Assembly (NCBI GenBank): GCA_963693365.1
Contig: CAVNZM010000002.1
Span: 1,924,149 to 1,988,148 of the forward strand
Reading direction: 5' to 3'
Length of the DNA stretch: 64,000 nt
Source: Amoebidium appalachense
Lineage: Eukaryota; Protista; Ichthyosporea
Of the stretch, positions 1 to 13,663 are shown in pieces. How positions within the stretch are numbered: the stretch's first letter is position 1; the number at the start of each line of letters is the position of its first letter. Both the position numbers and the translations under genes were made by a program. The notes beneath the pieces are model-generated. The model did not search any database. It saw only the letters and a program-made list of their open reading frames with translations, and was not told where the DNA came from.

Positions 1-798
1 CTTTAAAATTGCATCAAGAAATCTTCCGGTGCTCTTACCAGAACTATGAATATATAATTATTCTATCTATGGGAGCGACCATATATAACGTTAGGCCGTC
101 TAAAGTGTATATTAATTGTGTCTTTTCCTCAATTAATGATAAATCTATATTATGACGTAAATACGTCTAACGCATATCTTGTTTGTGTCACTATGTACCA
201 ATAAAAATATCCCTAGCCTATCGGTGAGTTGCTTTTAGTACGTCCTAAAGGCGACTATTCGTGTTAGACTGAAATAAAATATTACATAACTACATCGTAA
301 GGATACATTTAGGTTAACCACAACACATCTCTAATATATCTCTGCAAATTCTTCAAGAGGTGTTAAGTATGCCATATATGTTCGTCTGAACTACATAAAG
401 TAGTATTAAAGATGGATATTGGTGATCGCAAAGCGCTCTTGTAGACGGTTGATTGATAGCTTACAGATATGCTGGGGATATCTTTTTTAGTAAATGTTCA
501 TAAATATTGTCTTTTTATAGATTCGTTTAAGACATAACAAAGACGGCTCTAAGATATGCTTGGGGGAGGAAACAGATGGAACACGGGATAGGGTTTCGCC
601 GGGTTACAGATATGCTAAGGACGTACTTACAGAGATGTCTTTAATATCGCCTGCTAAAGCCGGATGGGTTAGGGATAGCTTGGAGTCATCTCTAACTAAT
701 AACGGTTACAAAGGGTATGGTTCAGGATGGGTTACGGGTTTAGGATGTCCCAGACGGGTTTGAGACGGGAAAAAGATGCCGGGAGATGTTTGCTGATG
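1..798. mobile_element. Right part of AT-rich non-coding TIR-like element X (second copy 58844-60385)
   Basis: 1-798 is nearly identical to 59578-60385; both end at ...TTTGCTGATG and then run into different Copia sequences. Confidence 0.6.
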
Positions 799-978
799 TG
801 GGATTTTTTTGAGCCTACCACAACATCGTACGGAGGTTCCAAGGTTGCTCTCGTCACTGTCTGCCGTGCCTCTGGACTCGTCAAGATCTACCCGATGGCC
901 GACCGTACAAACACCCTGGACATTCTCACAGCTCACACCAACCTCGTTGCTACCCATGCCCCCTCCAAAGTTGGTGTC
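799..978 (+). pseudogene. Copia family B integrase fragment
   Basis: DFFEPTTTSYGGSKVALVTVCRASG aligns by eye to DFFEPPCASYGGYKVALVCTCDASG of Copia A integrase; appears to resume at 3391 (HFDSGSEF). Confidence 0.8.
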
Positions 979-1163
979 TACGCCGCTCAGATCGATATCT
1001 ATCTGGATTGAGTGGGCTTGATCTGCCTATTGGGCACCTAAGATCGTGTGGCCGAGCTATACCATGTACACACGGCATGCCACACACGTGTCCGGACAAA
1101 ACTGCGCTGCACATTTTTCATGAAGGCGGGTTGTTTTCTACCTATATATGTTAGGCACTCACA

Positions 1164-2000
1164 ATGCCAACTTGCGCGGCTAACTACTGCAAAAATGACG
1201 AAGAAACAGTCTCTCCCAAAGATCCTACCAGGAAGATAAAGCTTTTTACTGTTCCATATGGATGCAAACCAAATGTATTGGCTAGGAGGCATGCTTGGTT
1301 AAATGCTATAGGCAGGCAGGAGCAAACAAAGTATGAGCGGAAACAAATAGCAGAGCACACAAAGCAAGCACCCCCCGACCCAGACACACACACAGACACA
1401 AGGCCAAAGGCCTCGGATGGGACAGACGTAAATACAGACACAACCACTACTGAGACACACACAGCTGACACACAATCCGAAAATGCCAATGACTCGGCTG
1501 TGCCAGCTGAGCAGTCGGCACAAGAACCACAACCAAAGAGGAAACGGGGGCAACCGAAGGTGGAAGTCCCCTGGCCACTGGCTATCCTTAAGCAACTGGT
1601 TGTATGCGAGGCACATTTCACCGATGATGATATTACTGCTAAGAATGGAAAACTGAAATTAACAAAGGATGCATGTCCCATCCGAATGGAACTAGACCCG
1701 ATGTACAGAGAGAAGGTACAGCTATTGAGGGAGGAAAGGGCCAATAGTCATATGCAAGCTGTAGGAATGGATGCCTCAGATATTGAGCAAACACGGAAAC
1801 GAGCGAGGGAGCGGGGGGAGACGAGCAGTGAGAGGGCTTTTGGGCGCATGAAAAATTATCGGCTGTTTAGCAATCAGGTGCAGATGTCGATGGTAGGCAC
1901 CCATTGGATGGTAGCTAAGGCTGTGGCTTTCTTGTGTAACATGCAAGAGCCACTATATACGGATATGGTGGGGCCCGGGCACACCAAAAGCATGGTGTAG
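1164..2000 (+). CDS. THAP zinc-finger protein fused to C-terminal remnant of a Harbinger/ISL2EU-like DDE transposase (probable internally deleted transposase)
   Basis: THAP signature MPTCAANYC...F.VP...R..W...I...VCEAHF...L...A.P; C-terminus ERAFGRMKNY...AVAFLCNMQEPL resembles the DDE_Tnp_4 tail; catalytic core not seen. Confidence 0.7.
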   Translation: MPTCAANYCKNDEETVSPKDPTRKIKLFTVPYGCKPNVLARRHAWLNAIGRQEQTKYERKQIAEHTKQAPPDPDTHTDTRPKASDGTDVNTDTTTTETHTADTQSENANDSAVPAEQSAQEPQPKRKRGQPKVEVPWPLAILKQLVVCEAHFTDDDITAKNGKLKLTKDACPIRMELDPMYREKVQLLREERANSHMQAVGMDASDIEQTRKRARERGETSSERAFGRMKNYRLFSNQVQMSMVGTHWMVAKAVAFLCNMQEPLYTDMVGPGHTKSMV

Positions 2001-2079
2001 AATTTTCGTTTTCGATTGCCTCTCCCTAAAGCCCCCTTCTCTGCTTTTTTTTTTTTTTTTTTTTTTTTTGTCTTTTTTT

Positions 2080-2133
<54 letters not shown>

Positions 2134-2260
2134 AAAATATGAATGAATGCTTGCATGTATGTATTCGGCCAGTAGGGCTCCACTTTTCCTGTATAGGAAA
2201 ATAATAATAATAATTGAAATTATTATGTATTTGTGTGCCAAGTACAACCTTGAGTCGTTC

Positions 2261-2294
<34 letters not shown>

Positions 2295-2422
2295 TTCACA
2301 CACACACACAACCACGCACACACGGAAGCACGCACGCACGCACGCACACACGCACGCACGCACGCACGCACGCATTTGCACACACACACGCATGCCCCCC
2401 CCCCCCCACACACACACACGTG

Positions 2423-2455
<33 letters not shown>

Positions 2456-2459
2456 GTAG

Positions 2460-3390
2460 TGTTGTTTTGTACGGGTCTAAGGGAGCAGAGTGCACAGAGG
2501 TGTCATGTAAAAACACGACTAACACATTAATGAGAGGGCAATCGGAGTTGTTCACGAGACATTGAAAGATTTCAAACAACAACTGAATCTTTATTGTGCT
2601 CTCGGTTCCTTTTGTACTTGCGACTTATCACCTTATCACAACTAAAGAGGGAGAACCAATCGGTTCTATCAGAAGATAGAAAAACACATTCCGACAGAGC
2701 ATACGCATTCCAACTTCCGATTAAACTAAAGTGTAGAAACTCTTACTTAAATAAATTAAGTAATTATACATCTAGTCACTATTAACTCACATATATATTT
2801 ATGTTCGTCTCTATAAAGAAACTTATTTAAATACATATATTTCCTAACAGTCGACACTCTCAAAGTGAAGACACTTTGCAATAAACCGAATTCCATATAT
2901 ATCTATTGTCCAATCACAACACACATATATTAACAGACAGGAATGCACAACACAATCTACAGATGTACTCGCTCGCGACTATTGGCGAGCCATCCTTTTG
3001 AGAACAAACTAGGCCATTTTGAAATAAAAGAAAGACAACGAGTGAGGCTAGCCAATCACGCTACCTCTCAGATAAACAGAGGAGAGCAAATAGAAATAAA
3101 ACACAATAAGTTCTTATCAGGCAAGAGAGCCAGGTGTGCACAGATCTACAGATATCTGTGCCCACAGAAACAAGGGAGAGAGAGATACGGAGGGGGGGGG
3201 GGGGGGGGGAGAGAAAGAGAGAGAGAGAGGGAGAGAGAGAGAGAGAGGGAGAGAGAGAGAGAGAGGGAGAGAGAGAGAGAGAGGGAGAGAGAGAGAGCAC
3301 AAAGGAGGAAAGCAGACACGAATACAAACAAGCTAGGACACATACATACTTCAAGGCTCTTGCTGTCATACATGGTGACGTATTCCAACA
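2460..3390 (-). mobile_element. Copia A LTR (isolated)
   Basis: Reverse complement of 12733-13663; TG...CA ends; flanks GGTAG/CACTT do not match, so not a clean solo LTR. Confidence 0.9.
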
Positions 3391-4899
3391 CACTTCGACT
3401 CCGGCTCTGAGTTCACCTCCAAGGCTACCCGTGCTTTTTGCCTCTCCCAGGGCATCAAGGCCTATGCTCCGGTGGACTGCCCTCAACTGAACGGCTATGT
3501 TGAACGTCGTATGCGGTTCCTCCAAGAGATTGTTCGTTGCCTCCTCCATCAAGTCCAAGATCAGTCTCTGTCCCCCAAACTGTGGGCTGAGGCCCTCCAA
3601 CATGCCGCCTACATCATCAACGTCACCCCGTCCACGACTGCCAATGGTCGTACACCATTCGAGGTTTTCTACGGTGTCAAGCCCGACATCTCCGAGCTCA
3701 AAGTGTTCGGTTGCCCTGCCTACACTCATGTGCCAGCCTCTAAACGGAACAAGCTGGCCCCCACCGTCAAACTCGGCATGTATATCGGCTATGATCTTCA
3801 ATCACACTGCCACCGGATCTTCAACCCCACCACCCATCGTGTCGGCCTCTTCCGTGATGTGATTTTCGACGAATCAGCTTATCTCCCGTCCGACATTCCC
3901 TCAACACTTCCGACCCCCGACACCACTGCTACCTTGACCACCCCACCCCCCACAGTTGACACTGAAGATGATGTTTGTCTGGTGTACTCTGGCCCCCCTC
4001 CTGCCATCGTCGTTCCCCCGACACCCCCCCCCCCACCGGCCCCCCTGCCCCCGTGCCCGTCCAGCCTGCCGACCCTCATCCTGCCCCTGGCAACCTGATG
4101 ACGTCACACCCATCCGACCCGGCTCCCCCGACAACTTCCACTCGGCCCCGTCCAGCCCGAAGGTTGCCCCCCCTGCAATTCCGAACTTCCAAGTTCCCCC
4201 CCCCCCGTCTCCACCTCCCCCGGTTCCTGCACCCCGTCGTTCTGCCCGTCTACAGGGCAAGGTTGGACTTCAAGCCACCACCACCCTGCCAGTCCCCCCC
4301 GGTCCCCCCATCAACATCGACCAACTACCCAAACTTGTCCGTCAACTGTGTTCCGGACCCAATGGTGACCAGGTCAAGTCAGCCCTCACTGCTGAGTATC
4401 AAGCCTTCGTCGACAAAGACATCTTTGAACTTGTTGACCCTCCCCCTGGTGCTAACATCGTCGGCTTCAACTGGATTGTCTCCGAGAAAACTCTCAACTC
4501 GGCTGGTGACACTAAGATCAAGGCCCGTGGTGTTGCTCAAGGCTTCAGTCAGCAATACGGTGTTGACTATGAGTTGATTGAGAGCCCTGTCATCCGTCCG
4601 GCTGCTCTCCGTGCTATCCTAGCTCTGGCCGTTGTTGAAGGTCATGACATCCATCAACTCGACGTGTCTACGGCCTTTCTCAACAGCCCACTCACCGAGA
4701 CCATCTACATGAAACAACCCCCGGGATTCATCACCATGGCCACACTTGGCAAGGTCTGGAGACTCAAGAAAGCCCTGTACGGCCTCAAGCAAGCCTCCAA
4801 GGCTTGGTACGACTTCCTCGACGGCATTCTTCTAGCCCATGGCCTGACCCGTACTAAGACAGACCCGTGCATCTACCTCCGGTTCTTCCCCAACAACGA
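3391..4899 (+). pseudogene. Copia B pol fragment (integrase C-terminus, linker, RT N-terminus)
   Basis: PQLNGYVER, LKVFGCPAY, GMYIGY, RDVIFDES; KARGVAQGFSQQYGVDY, HQLDVSTAFLN, LKKALYGLKQA; frame break near the poly-C at ~4025-4098; truncated at 4899. Confidence 0.9.
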
Positions 4900-5104
4900 G
4901 AATCCTTGTTTCTCGTATGTTACCAGCACGTAAGCAAGTATTTTATTCATTCACAATACATTGTTAGGTATGTGTGGTATATTATGGTGTTATTATTTTT
5001 TGGTTTACAATATGGTGTCCACGTTCCCAAGATATCGTTATTGTCGACCAACTACTATGGTAGTATAATGCTATGATGACAATTTGTGCATGCGTTACTT
5101 ATAA

Positions 5105-5938
5105 GCATCGGGGTTTTTCACTAACTACCCACAGAGTAGCTTCTAGCACGATAAATTCACCACAAATTATAAGGAGGGATGGTGAATGTGCCCTTGGAGT
5201 ACGAGGGTCACGAAAAAACCACAACGTTGTAGCTCGTATAGAACCCCCCTTGTAGCATAGTATATGTACATGTGTTACCTAGGCATTTTTGGTTTTTTCA
5301 ATAACTACCCACAGAACAGCCTCTCGCACGAGAAATTTACCACAAAGTTTATGGGGGGGATGGTGAATGTGCCCCTGGAGTACGAGGGCCACACGAAAAA
5401 AACACAAGGTTGTAGCTCGAATAGAACCCCCCTTGTAGCATAGTATACGTACATGTGTTACTTACACATTATTGGTTTTTTCAATAACTACCCACAGAAC
5501 AGCTTCTAGCACGAGACATTTACCACAACGTTTATGGGGGGGATAGTGAATGTGCCCCTGGAGTACGAGGGTCACACGAAAAAAACACAACGTTGTAGCT
5601 CGAATAGAACCCCCCTTGTAGCATAATATATGTATATGTGTTACCTAGACATTATTGGTTTTTTCAATAACTACCCACAGAACAGCTTCTAGCACGAGAC
5701 ATTTATCACACAGTTTATGGGGGGGATGGTGAATGTGCCCCTGGAGTACGAGGGTCACACGAAAAAAACACAACGTTGTAGCTCGTATAGAACCCCCCTT
5801 GTAGCATAGTATATGTCCATGTGTTACCTAGACATTTTTGGGTTTTTCAATAACTACCCACAGAACAGCCTCTAGCACGAGAAATATAACCAAACGTTTA
5901 TTGGGGGGATGGTGAATGTGCCCCTGGAGTACGAGGGA
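5105..5938. repeat. ~183-bp tandem satellite, ~4.5 units
   Basis: Recurrent unit AATAACTACCCACAGAACAGC...GGTGAATGTGCCCCTGGAGTACGAGGG...GAACCCCCCTTGTAGCATAG; same unit as 49566-51680. Confidence 0.9.
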
Positions 5939-6884
5939 ACGAGCCGGGGAATCAGAACGACGGGAACCCGAGAAACGGGAACGACTGGGGGAACGAGACG
6001 TGGACCGGAAGGCAGGCCGGTGGGGGGAACGGGATCGGGTGTGTTGACGGGAGAGACGAGTTCGGAGGTCCGTGCCAGGGGTACGGTCAAGTCGGTTGCG
6101 TAAGTCACGGCGAGGAAGATCACGGGGGGGAGTACTGGCATTTAATGCCATGCTGGACTTGGAGGCACGGTGGGCACGGTTGCTCCGGAGTTGCATCTTG
6201 AGGTCTTGACGTAGCTCGATGCCCTTGACGTGGTTGTGGAGGGACTCGAAGTCGGGGAATAGCTTATCACCGAAGTGATAGTCTTCGATTAAGACGGTTG
6301 AACTCAGGGGTGAGCTCGTCTCTGGTGGTGAGTTCATTGAAGAACTTCTCAGCTAGACGAGTGAAGTGAATGGACTCATCTTGGAGGGACTGGAGCTGGT
6401 TCACGATGGTCTGCAGACGACTCAGGTAGGTGGTGAATGATTCACCGGGCTGAAGGGCACAGGCATCCCACTGACGATGAAGGATGCGGATCTGATCGGG
6501 TTTGCCTTGGAGGTAGTGTTGACGGAATTTTCACATGGCCCGTTCAGGGTCCATGCCAATACGGTACTGGGCAACGGTGGTGAGGACGGAAGGGTCGATG
6601 TTCTGAATCATATGGAGCAGGAGGCAATTGCGGGCCTCCTTGAGTTCCGCGGTAGTGCCGTAGCCGTAGAAGGGGGGTTCACCGTCAACCGCGACGGTGG
6701 TAGGGGGGACGTAGTTGTCAGCAACTTGAAGTACAACATCCACGAGCCGGACACCTTTAGTGCCGGTCATCATGCCAAGAAAAATGATTTCCCATTGAAA
6801 ATAGGTGGTTTTGCTATCGGGACCAGTCTTTCCTTCACCTTTCCACATGGTTATTTTGTTTACTCCAGTTTTGTTTGGATCCAT
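5939..6884 (-). pseudogene. Copia B gag (premature stop at 6531, truncated by satellite)
   Basis: Follows LTR and PBS; MDPNKTGVNKITMWKGE...TYFQWEIIF resembles Copia A Gag LTPWKGD...TYYEWEPVIF; RS-rich region. Confidence 0.8.
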
Positions 6885-6920
6885 GATTGAAAAACGATCG
6901 CTAGTTCTAGATGTGTGTAG

Positions 6921-6946
6921 GGAGCGTGCAAAAGGGCTGCATAACC
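6921..6946 (-). promoter_or_regulatory. Copia B primer-binding site (degenerate half-tRNAiMet type)
   Basis: GGTTATGCAGCCCTTTTGCACGCTCC immediately after the LTR end. Confidence 0.7.
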
Positions 6947-7872
6947 TGTTAAATCGTATAAGTATTTGGGATGAAAGCAGAGACACAGTGGTGCAGTGTG
7001 AAAACACCACAGACACACACAACAACAAAACACGGAACGATCGGAGCAGTGTACACAACAGACATCAATGTTTAGACACGACTTGGACTGAATTTATTCT
7101 GATCTTCGAATAAATACCTGAAATTCCTCTAAGTCCAATCCATACATGATTTCCGACCAGTCGGAAATCAGATCCATCTCTAATAGAAACCAATCACTAA
7201 GAACCAATTGCTTTCAGAGAGATCCGGTACGCGGAGACGTACACGATAGGACACAGACACTAGTTAAGATCAACTCGTGTCATCATCAAGGAAGTTCTAA
7301 CCTATGACATACTGCAAAGACTCAGACATATCACACTTAACCTTGATGATTGGTTAAAGCCCGGCAACACATGAAAACTAAAGTAAATTAATGAAGTCTA
7401 AACACACATGCTATTCTAAGTGTAGCCTAAGTGTGTTACCGCCCAATGAACACGTATTAAGTAACACAAATCTACCTAACATATATTAGTAGAAAAGAAA
7501 TACGATTATACACATGAAGACAAGGAGAGAAAGAAAAGAAAATAAGGAAGGAGAAAGAGAAAGGAAAAGAGAGCACAGATCAACAAACAAGATAGTAATA
7601 GCATAACTATAACCAGAGATATTTATGTACACACGAACATGTACACGTCTCTCCCTGAGTGGGTGGATCCGTGTACACACATATAAATATTCTAATCGAT
7701 ATTACAACACACGATTAAAGCCTATACAACACGATTACAAGTATACAAGCATATCGGAGATCGATGCTACACTTTACATAATAGGAGTGTGGCATATACA
7801 CTAAGCATATGAACTGACACATAACACAAACTGAGAAGATCTTACCATATGTAAATACTACGTATTACAACA
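6947..7872 (-). mobile_element. Copia B 5' LTR
   Basis: TGTTGTAATACG...TTTAACA; matches LTR copies at 42215, 45367, 48272, 61482 and 63019. Confidence 0.92.
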
Positions 7873-8087
7873 CATTGACACCTCCCGCCTTCGGGAACTG
7901 CTGGCCTCCTACCCAGACCAATCATTCGCCGCACAACTCCTCCACGATGTCGAATTCGGTGTCGACATCGGCTATCGCGGCCCCTCCACCTCTCGGGTGG
8001 GCCCCAACCTACCCACCACCCCGGAGGCAGCTGCCGCTATCACGGCGGATATTGTCAAAGAAGTCGCCCTCGGCCACCTGCGCGGCC
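7873..8087 (+). pseudogene. Ngaro RT fragment (target of the Copia B insertion)
   Basis: Closely matches ~54895-55110 of the Ngaro pol ORF. Confidence 0.85.
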
Positions 8088-8680
8088 GAACGAAAACTCT
8101 ATTTTCCAATCAGAAAGACGAAAACTATGAGGGTAAAATAAATCGATTGAAATGCCTGTCGACACATAGAAGATAAAACACAATCCTCTAATGAAAGTAA
8201 TCTTCTAATAAAAGTACGGAAACATTAACAAAATGAAACCACTTATGTATCTATTAGTTCACATCATATATTTATACATGTTCTTAACATAACACCGTGA
8301 CGTCTAAATATAAGTATTCCTAATCATGAGTTGGGAAACATAGAACAATGCTACGTCGTGGGAATAGAAGGAAAAGGAATGGGAAAGGAATCGAATAGAA
8401 TTAATGAGGAATGTAGGTTACTATATTTGGGAAAATACAACGAGATCTGATTGGACGACATATTTAGACATTGACACAAACGACAATACGTGTGCGCGGG
8501 CTAAATATCTCGATGTGTACACAGATCTAAGATATCGGTGCACACGGAACCGGAAAGGAAAGAAAGAAAGAAAGAAAGGAAAAGGGAAAAGGAACCAAAC
8601 TACAACAAACTAATAAACATATATAAAACTCAACTTCTAAGTCTTGCCGTTAATCATGGGAAGATGACATATGCCTACCA
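8088..8680 (-). mobile_element. Partial LTR of a third Copia-like family C
   Basis: Start overlaps 26495-26545; end region resembles the LTR A end and terminates in CA at 8680. Confidence 0.5.
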
Positions 8681-9420
8681 ATATATGCCGGATATGGCCA
8701 TATGCCTGATACGGTCTGATACGGTCTGATACATTGGATATGCCTATAACGCTGCCCCATTCTGCCCCATCCCGGATTGTCCCCCATCACCATGGCCCGT
8801 CCGTCCCGGCCCGTCCCCCATCACCATGGCCCGGCCCGGCCACACCCCTCTCACCCGGCCCCACCCGGCCCCATCCTGGCCCGTCCCCCATCACCTTGCC
8901 CCATCCCGGCCCGTCCCCCATCATCCCTCTCACCATGGCCCGTCCCGCCCCATCCCCCGTCACCCCTATCACCCCGCCACACCCCTCTCACCCTGCCCCA
9001 TCCTGGCGGCGGGCTTGCCTATCCCCATCACCCCTCTCACCCTGCCCCATCCTGGCCTGTCCCCCATCACCCCTCTCACCATGGCCCGTCCCCCATCACC
9101 CCTCTCACCATGGCCTGTCCCCCATCACCATGGCCTGTCCCCCTGGCCATCACCCCTCTCGTCCCCCATCACCCTGGCCTGTCCCCCATCACCCCTCTCA
9201 CCATGGCCCGTCCCCCATCACCATGGCCCGTCCCGGCCCGTCCCCCATCACCATGGCCTGTCCCGGCCCGTCCCCCATCACCCCTCTCGTCCCTCTCACC
9301 TGGCCCCATCCCGCCATCACCATGGCCACACCCCTCTCGTCCCTCTAGATCTCGTCCCTCTCACCCCGCCACACCCCGGCCACACCCCTCTCACCCCTCT
9401 CACCCCTATCGTCCCGCTCG
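8681..9420. repeat. CTGATA(T/C)G repeats followed by a CCCCATCACC(ATGGCCCGT/CCTCTCA) minisatellite
   Basis: Visible tandem units; first ~130 bp are similar to 26170-26289. Confidence 0.8.
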
Positions 9421-9532
9421 CTTGCCCTCGTCCCTATCGCCCCGCTGCTGTTTCGCTGCTTTCACCGCTTATCACTTTATCTCCCCCTCCCTCTTTTCCT
9501 ATATGCCATAGCCTGTCCCCTTCCTCCTATTT

Positions 9533-9579
<47 letters not shown>

Positions 9580-9699
9580 CTCCTCCATCACCTGTCCTCA
9601 TAGCCCTCCTTTTCCCCAACCCCTCATGCCCCTCCTTTTCCCCTGCCCTCTTGGCCCTCCTTTTCCCCAGTGTCCCAGATGATCAGTCCCACTTCTTCT

Positions 9700-9760
9700 T
9701 GCTGTCCACCTTCCCCACCCCCTTTCGTACAAAAAAAAAAAATATCACGACTATCACAAG

Positions 9761-9800
<40 letters not shown>

Positions 9801-11315
9801 CTTCCCGTCAATACTTATCATGTCTGCCCCTTGTTCTCTTCTTTCTCCCCTCTCTCCCTCCCTCCCTCCGTCCCTTTTCGTAAGTTAAACCAAAAAAAAC
9901 AAACAAAAAAAAACAACAACAACAACAACTATCACAAGACCCCCCCCCCCCCTTCCCCCGTCAATACTTATCATGCCTGCCCCTTGTTCTCTTCTTTCTC
10001 CCCTCTCTCCCTCCCTCCCTCCGTCCCTTTTCGTAAGTTAAACCAAAAAAAAAAAAAAAACAACAACAACAACAACAACAACTATCACAAGACCCCCCCC
10101 CCCCCTTCACCGTCAATACTTATCATGCCTGCCCCTTGTTCTCTTCTTTCTCCCCCTCTCTCCCTCCCTCCCTCCGTCCCTCTTCGTAACCAAAAAAAGA
10201 ACAAAAAAAAAACAACAACAACAACAACTATCACAAGACCCCCCCCCTGCCCCGTCAATACTTATCATGTCTGCCCCTTGTTCACTTCTTTCTCCCCTCT
10301 CTCCCTCCCTCCCTCCCTCCCTTTTCGTAACCAAAAACAAAAAACAAAAAAAAAACAACAACAACTATCACAAGACCCCCCCCTTCCCCGTCAATACTTA
10401 CATGTCTGCCCCTTGTTCTCTTCTTTCTCCCCTCTCTCCCTCCCTCCTCCACCAGTGACCCAGAACAACCCCGCTTCATCTTGCTTGCCAAAAAAAAAAA
10501 ACACTGCCCCCTTCCATTTTTTTCTCTCCCTTCTCCCCCCCCCCTCCGCCACTACCGTTTAAAAAAAAAACAAAAAAAAAACAATGCCCCCTTCCCTTTT
10601 TTCTCTTCTTTCTCCCCATCCCACCCTTCCTCCTTTCCCAGAACAGCCCCGCTTCATCTCGCTTGCCACCTTCCCCTACTGCCGTTAAAAAAAAAAAACT
10701 GGCCTCTTCCCTTTTTCTCACCCTTCTCAGCCCCCCCCACTCCCCACTCCCCACTTCCCCCTATCCCCAACTTAAAGACAACCCCGTTTCATCTTACAAA
10801 ATCCCCTCTGTTCGTAAAAAAAAAAAAAAAAACTATCACAACTATCACAAGACCCCCCCCCCCTTCCCCGTCAATACTTATCATGTCTGCTCCTTGTTCT
10901 CTTTTTTCTCCCCTCTCTCCCTCCTGTCCTCTTCTTTCTCCCCTCTCTCCCTCCCTCCTCCACCAGTGACCCAGAACAGCCCCGCTTCATCTTGCTTGCC
11001 AAAAAAAAACTGCCCCCTTCCCTTTTTATTCTCCCTTCTCCCCCCCCCTCCCCCACTACCGTAAAAAAAAAAAAAAAAAACACTGCCCCCTTCCCTTTTT
11101 TCTCTTCTTTCTCCCCATCCCTCCCTCCCTCCTTTCCCAGAACAGCCCCGCTTCATCTCGCTTGCCACCATCCCCTACTGCCGTTAAAAAAAAAAATAAC
11201 TGGCCCCCTTTTTTTTCTCTCCCTTCTCCCCCCCCTCCCCCACTCCCCACTTCCCCCTATCCCCAACTTAAAGACCACCCCGTTTCATCTTACAACATCC
11301 CCTCTGTTCGGGGAG

Positions 11316-11358
<43 letters not shown>

Positions 11359-11620
11359 GGCCCGGTCCCTTTTTTCTGCCCCCCTAACCCCCCCCCCCCC
11401 CCCCCTATCCCCCACTTGAAGACGACCCCGTTTCATCTTACACAATCCCCTTTGTTCAATTATGTCTTTGCTGAAATAATAAAATAACAAAAAAAAAACA
11501 ACAAGCATCACAACGATCACAATACCCCCCATCCCCCCCTCCCCCCGGTCAATACTGGCTTCTTGTTCTCCTCTTTCTCCACCTCCCTCCCTCCCTCCCT
11601 CCCTCCCTGCCCCAGAACAG
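9700..11620. repeat. Complex pyrimidine-rich tandem repeat with poly-A and poly-C spacers
   Basis: Repeated ACTATCACAAGACCCC...CCGTCAATACTTATCATG and CCCAGAACAGCCCCGCTTCATCT blocks. Confidence 0.8.
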
Positions 11621-12437
11621 CCCCCCGTAAATATCAGAACAAAGTATCTTCGATCAAGTTTTTTTCTTAACCACTGCGTTTCACGAACGCGCTCGCTATG
11701 AGGTTGGTAAGATTTTATTAGGTTTATAATTCACTTTCTTTGTGCTGAAATGAAGGTTGGAGCAATCGACTCACTAAGCCATCGATCATGACTACCGTAG
11801 GCTAGCCTATTCATAAATCACGAATGAGTTTGGCATCGGCGGACAGTACATGGCATATACGTGGAAGTTACCATCATCGCCAATGTCATTGAATATTGCA
11901 GGGTTGGGTGTTATAAGTGAAAGGCACTCCAGTAGTGCATTCTTTTTTGTTCGTGGCTACGTTGTGACAAAGAAAACCTTTTTTTGTTTTTGGACTAATT
12001 TTATTCTGCGCTATTATATTATGTAGATCCGAATCTACCCGTGCTCACAGGGCTCTCTGCCATTGGTTGGGCATGCGAACCAATTAGGGACATGCAGCCA
12101 TGTAATTGGCTCTCTCAGTTGATTGGCTACCGATCCGATTTCACCGCTGACCCAAAAATGTGTGGTGGACATAAACGCCCATTCGTGCGTCCCTGTGTCA
12201 CACACAGAATCGAACTGCGCACCATTTCTGGTAGCAAAAATGCAAACAACGTGTGTGCGACACACTTGAGCTCTATCGAGAGCGTATGGATATCTTTTTC
12301 ATCTTTTGTACAAATCAAACCGCCATACACCAACACACACACACACACACACACCACACACACAAACACACATCACACAGCACACACAAACACACACCCA
12401 CACACCCACCCACACACCCACAGACACACACTGTGAC

Positions 12438-12490
<53 letters not shown>

Positions 12491-12491
12491 A

Positions 12492-12548
<57 letters not shown>

Positions 12549-12828
12549 CAACCACACACACTCACACATGTACACTCACACATACATGCATTCACAAACA
12601 CACACACACACACACACCATGTGACACACACACACACATACAGACACACAAACACGTTGACACAGACACACACACACATGCTCGCGTGTGCGGACAGACC
12701 AACAAACCATACGCACACACACACACACTGACTGTTGGAATACGTCACCATGTATGACAGCAAGAGCCTTGAAGTATGTATGTGTCCTAGCTTGTTTGTA
12801 TTCGTGTCTGCTTTCCTCCTTTGTGCTC

Positions 12829-12914
<86 letters not shown>

Positions 12915-13663
12915 CCCCCCCCCCCCCCCCCCCCGTATCTCTCTCTCCCTTGTTTCTGTGGGCACAGATATCTGTAGATCTGTGCACACCTGGCTCTCTT
13001 GCCTGATAAGAACTTATTGTGTTTTATTTCTATTTGCTCTCCTCTGTTTATCTGAGAGGTAGCGTGATTGGCTAGCCTCACTCGTTGTCTTTCCTTTATT
13101 TCAAAATGGCCTAGTTTGTTCTCAAAAGGATGGCTCGCCAATAGTCGCGAGCGAGCACATCTGTAGATTGTGTTGTGCATTCCTGTCTGTTAATATATGT
13201 GTGTTGTGATTGGACAATAGATATATATGGAATTCGGTTTATTGCAAAGTGTCTTCACTTTGAGAGTGTCGACTGTTAGGAAATATATGTATTTAAATAA
13301 GTTTCTTTATAGAGACGAACATAAATATATATGTGAGTTAATAGTGACTAGATGTATAATTACTTAATTTATTTAAGTAAGAGTTTCTACACTTTAGTTT
13401 AATCGGAAGTTGGAATGCGTATGCTCTGTCGGAATGTGTTTTTCTATCTTCTGATAGAACCGATTGGTTCTCCCTCTTTAGTTGTGATAAGGTGATAAGT
13501 CGCAAGTACAAAAGGAACCGAGAGCACAATAAAGATTCAGTTGTTGTTTGAAATCTTTCAATGTCTCGTGAACAACTCCGATTGCCCTCTCATTAATGTG
13601 TTAGTCGTGTTTTTACATGACACCTCTGTGCACTCTGCTCCCTTAGACCCGTACAAAACAACA

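Noticed and set aside
8734-11532. Long Pro/His-rich ORFs (up to 578 aa)
   Set aside because: Translations of minisatellite and homopolymer DNA, open in several frames
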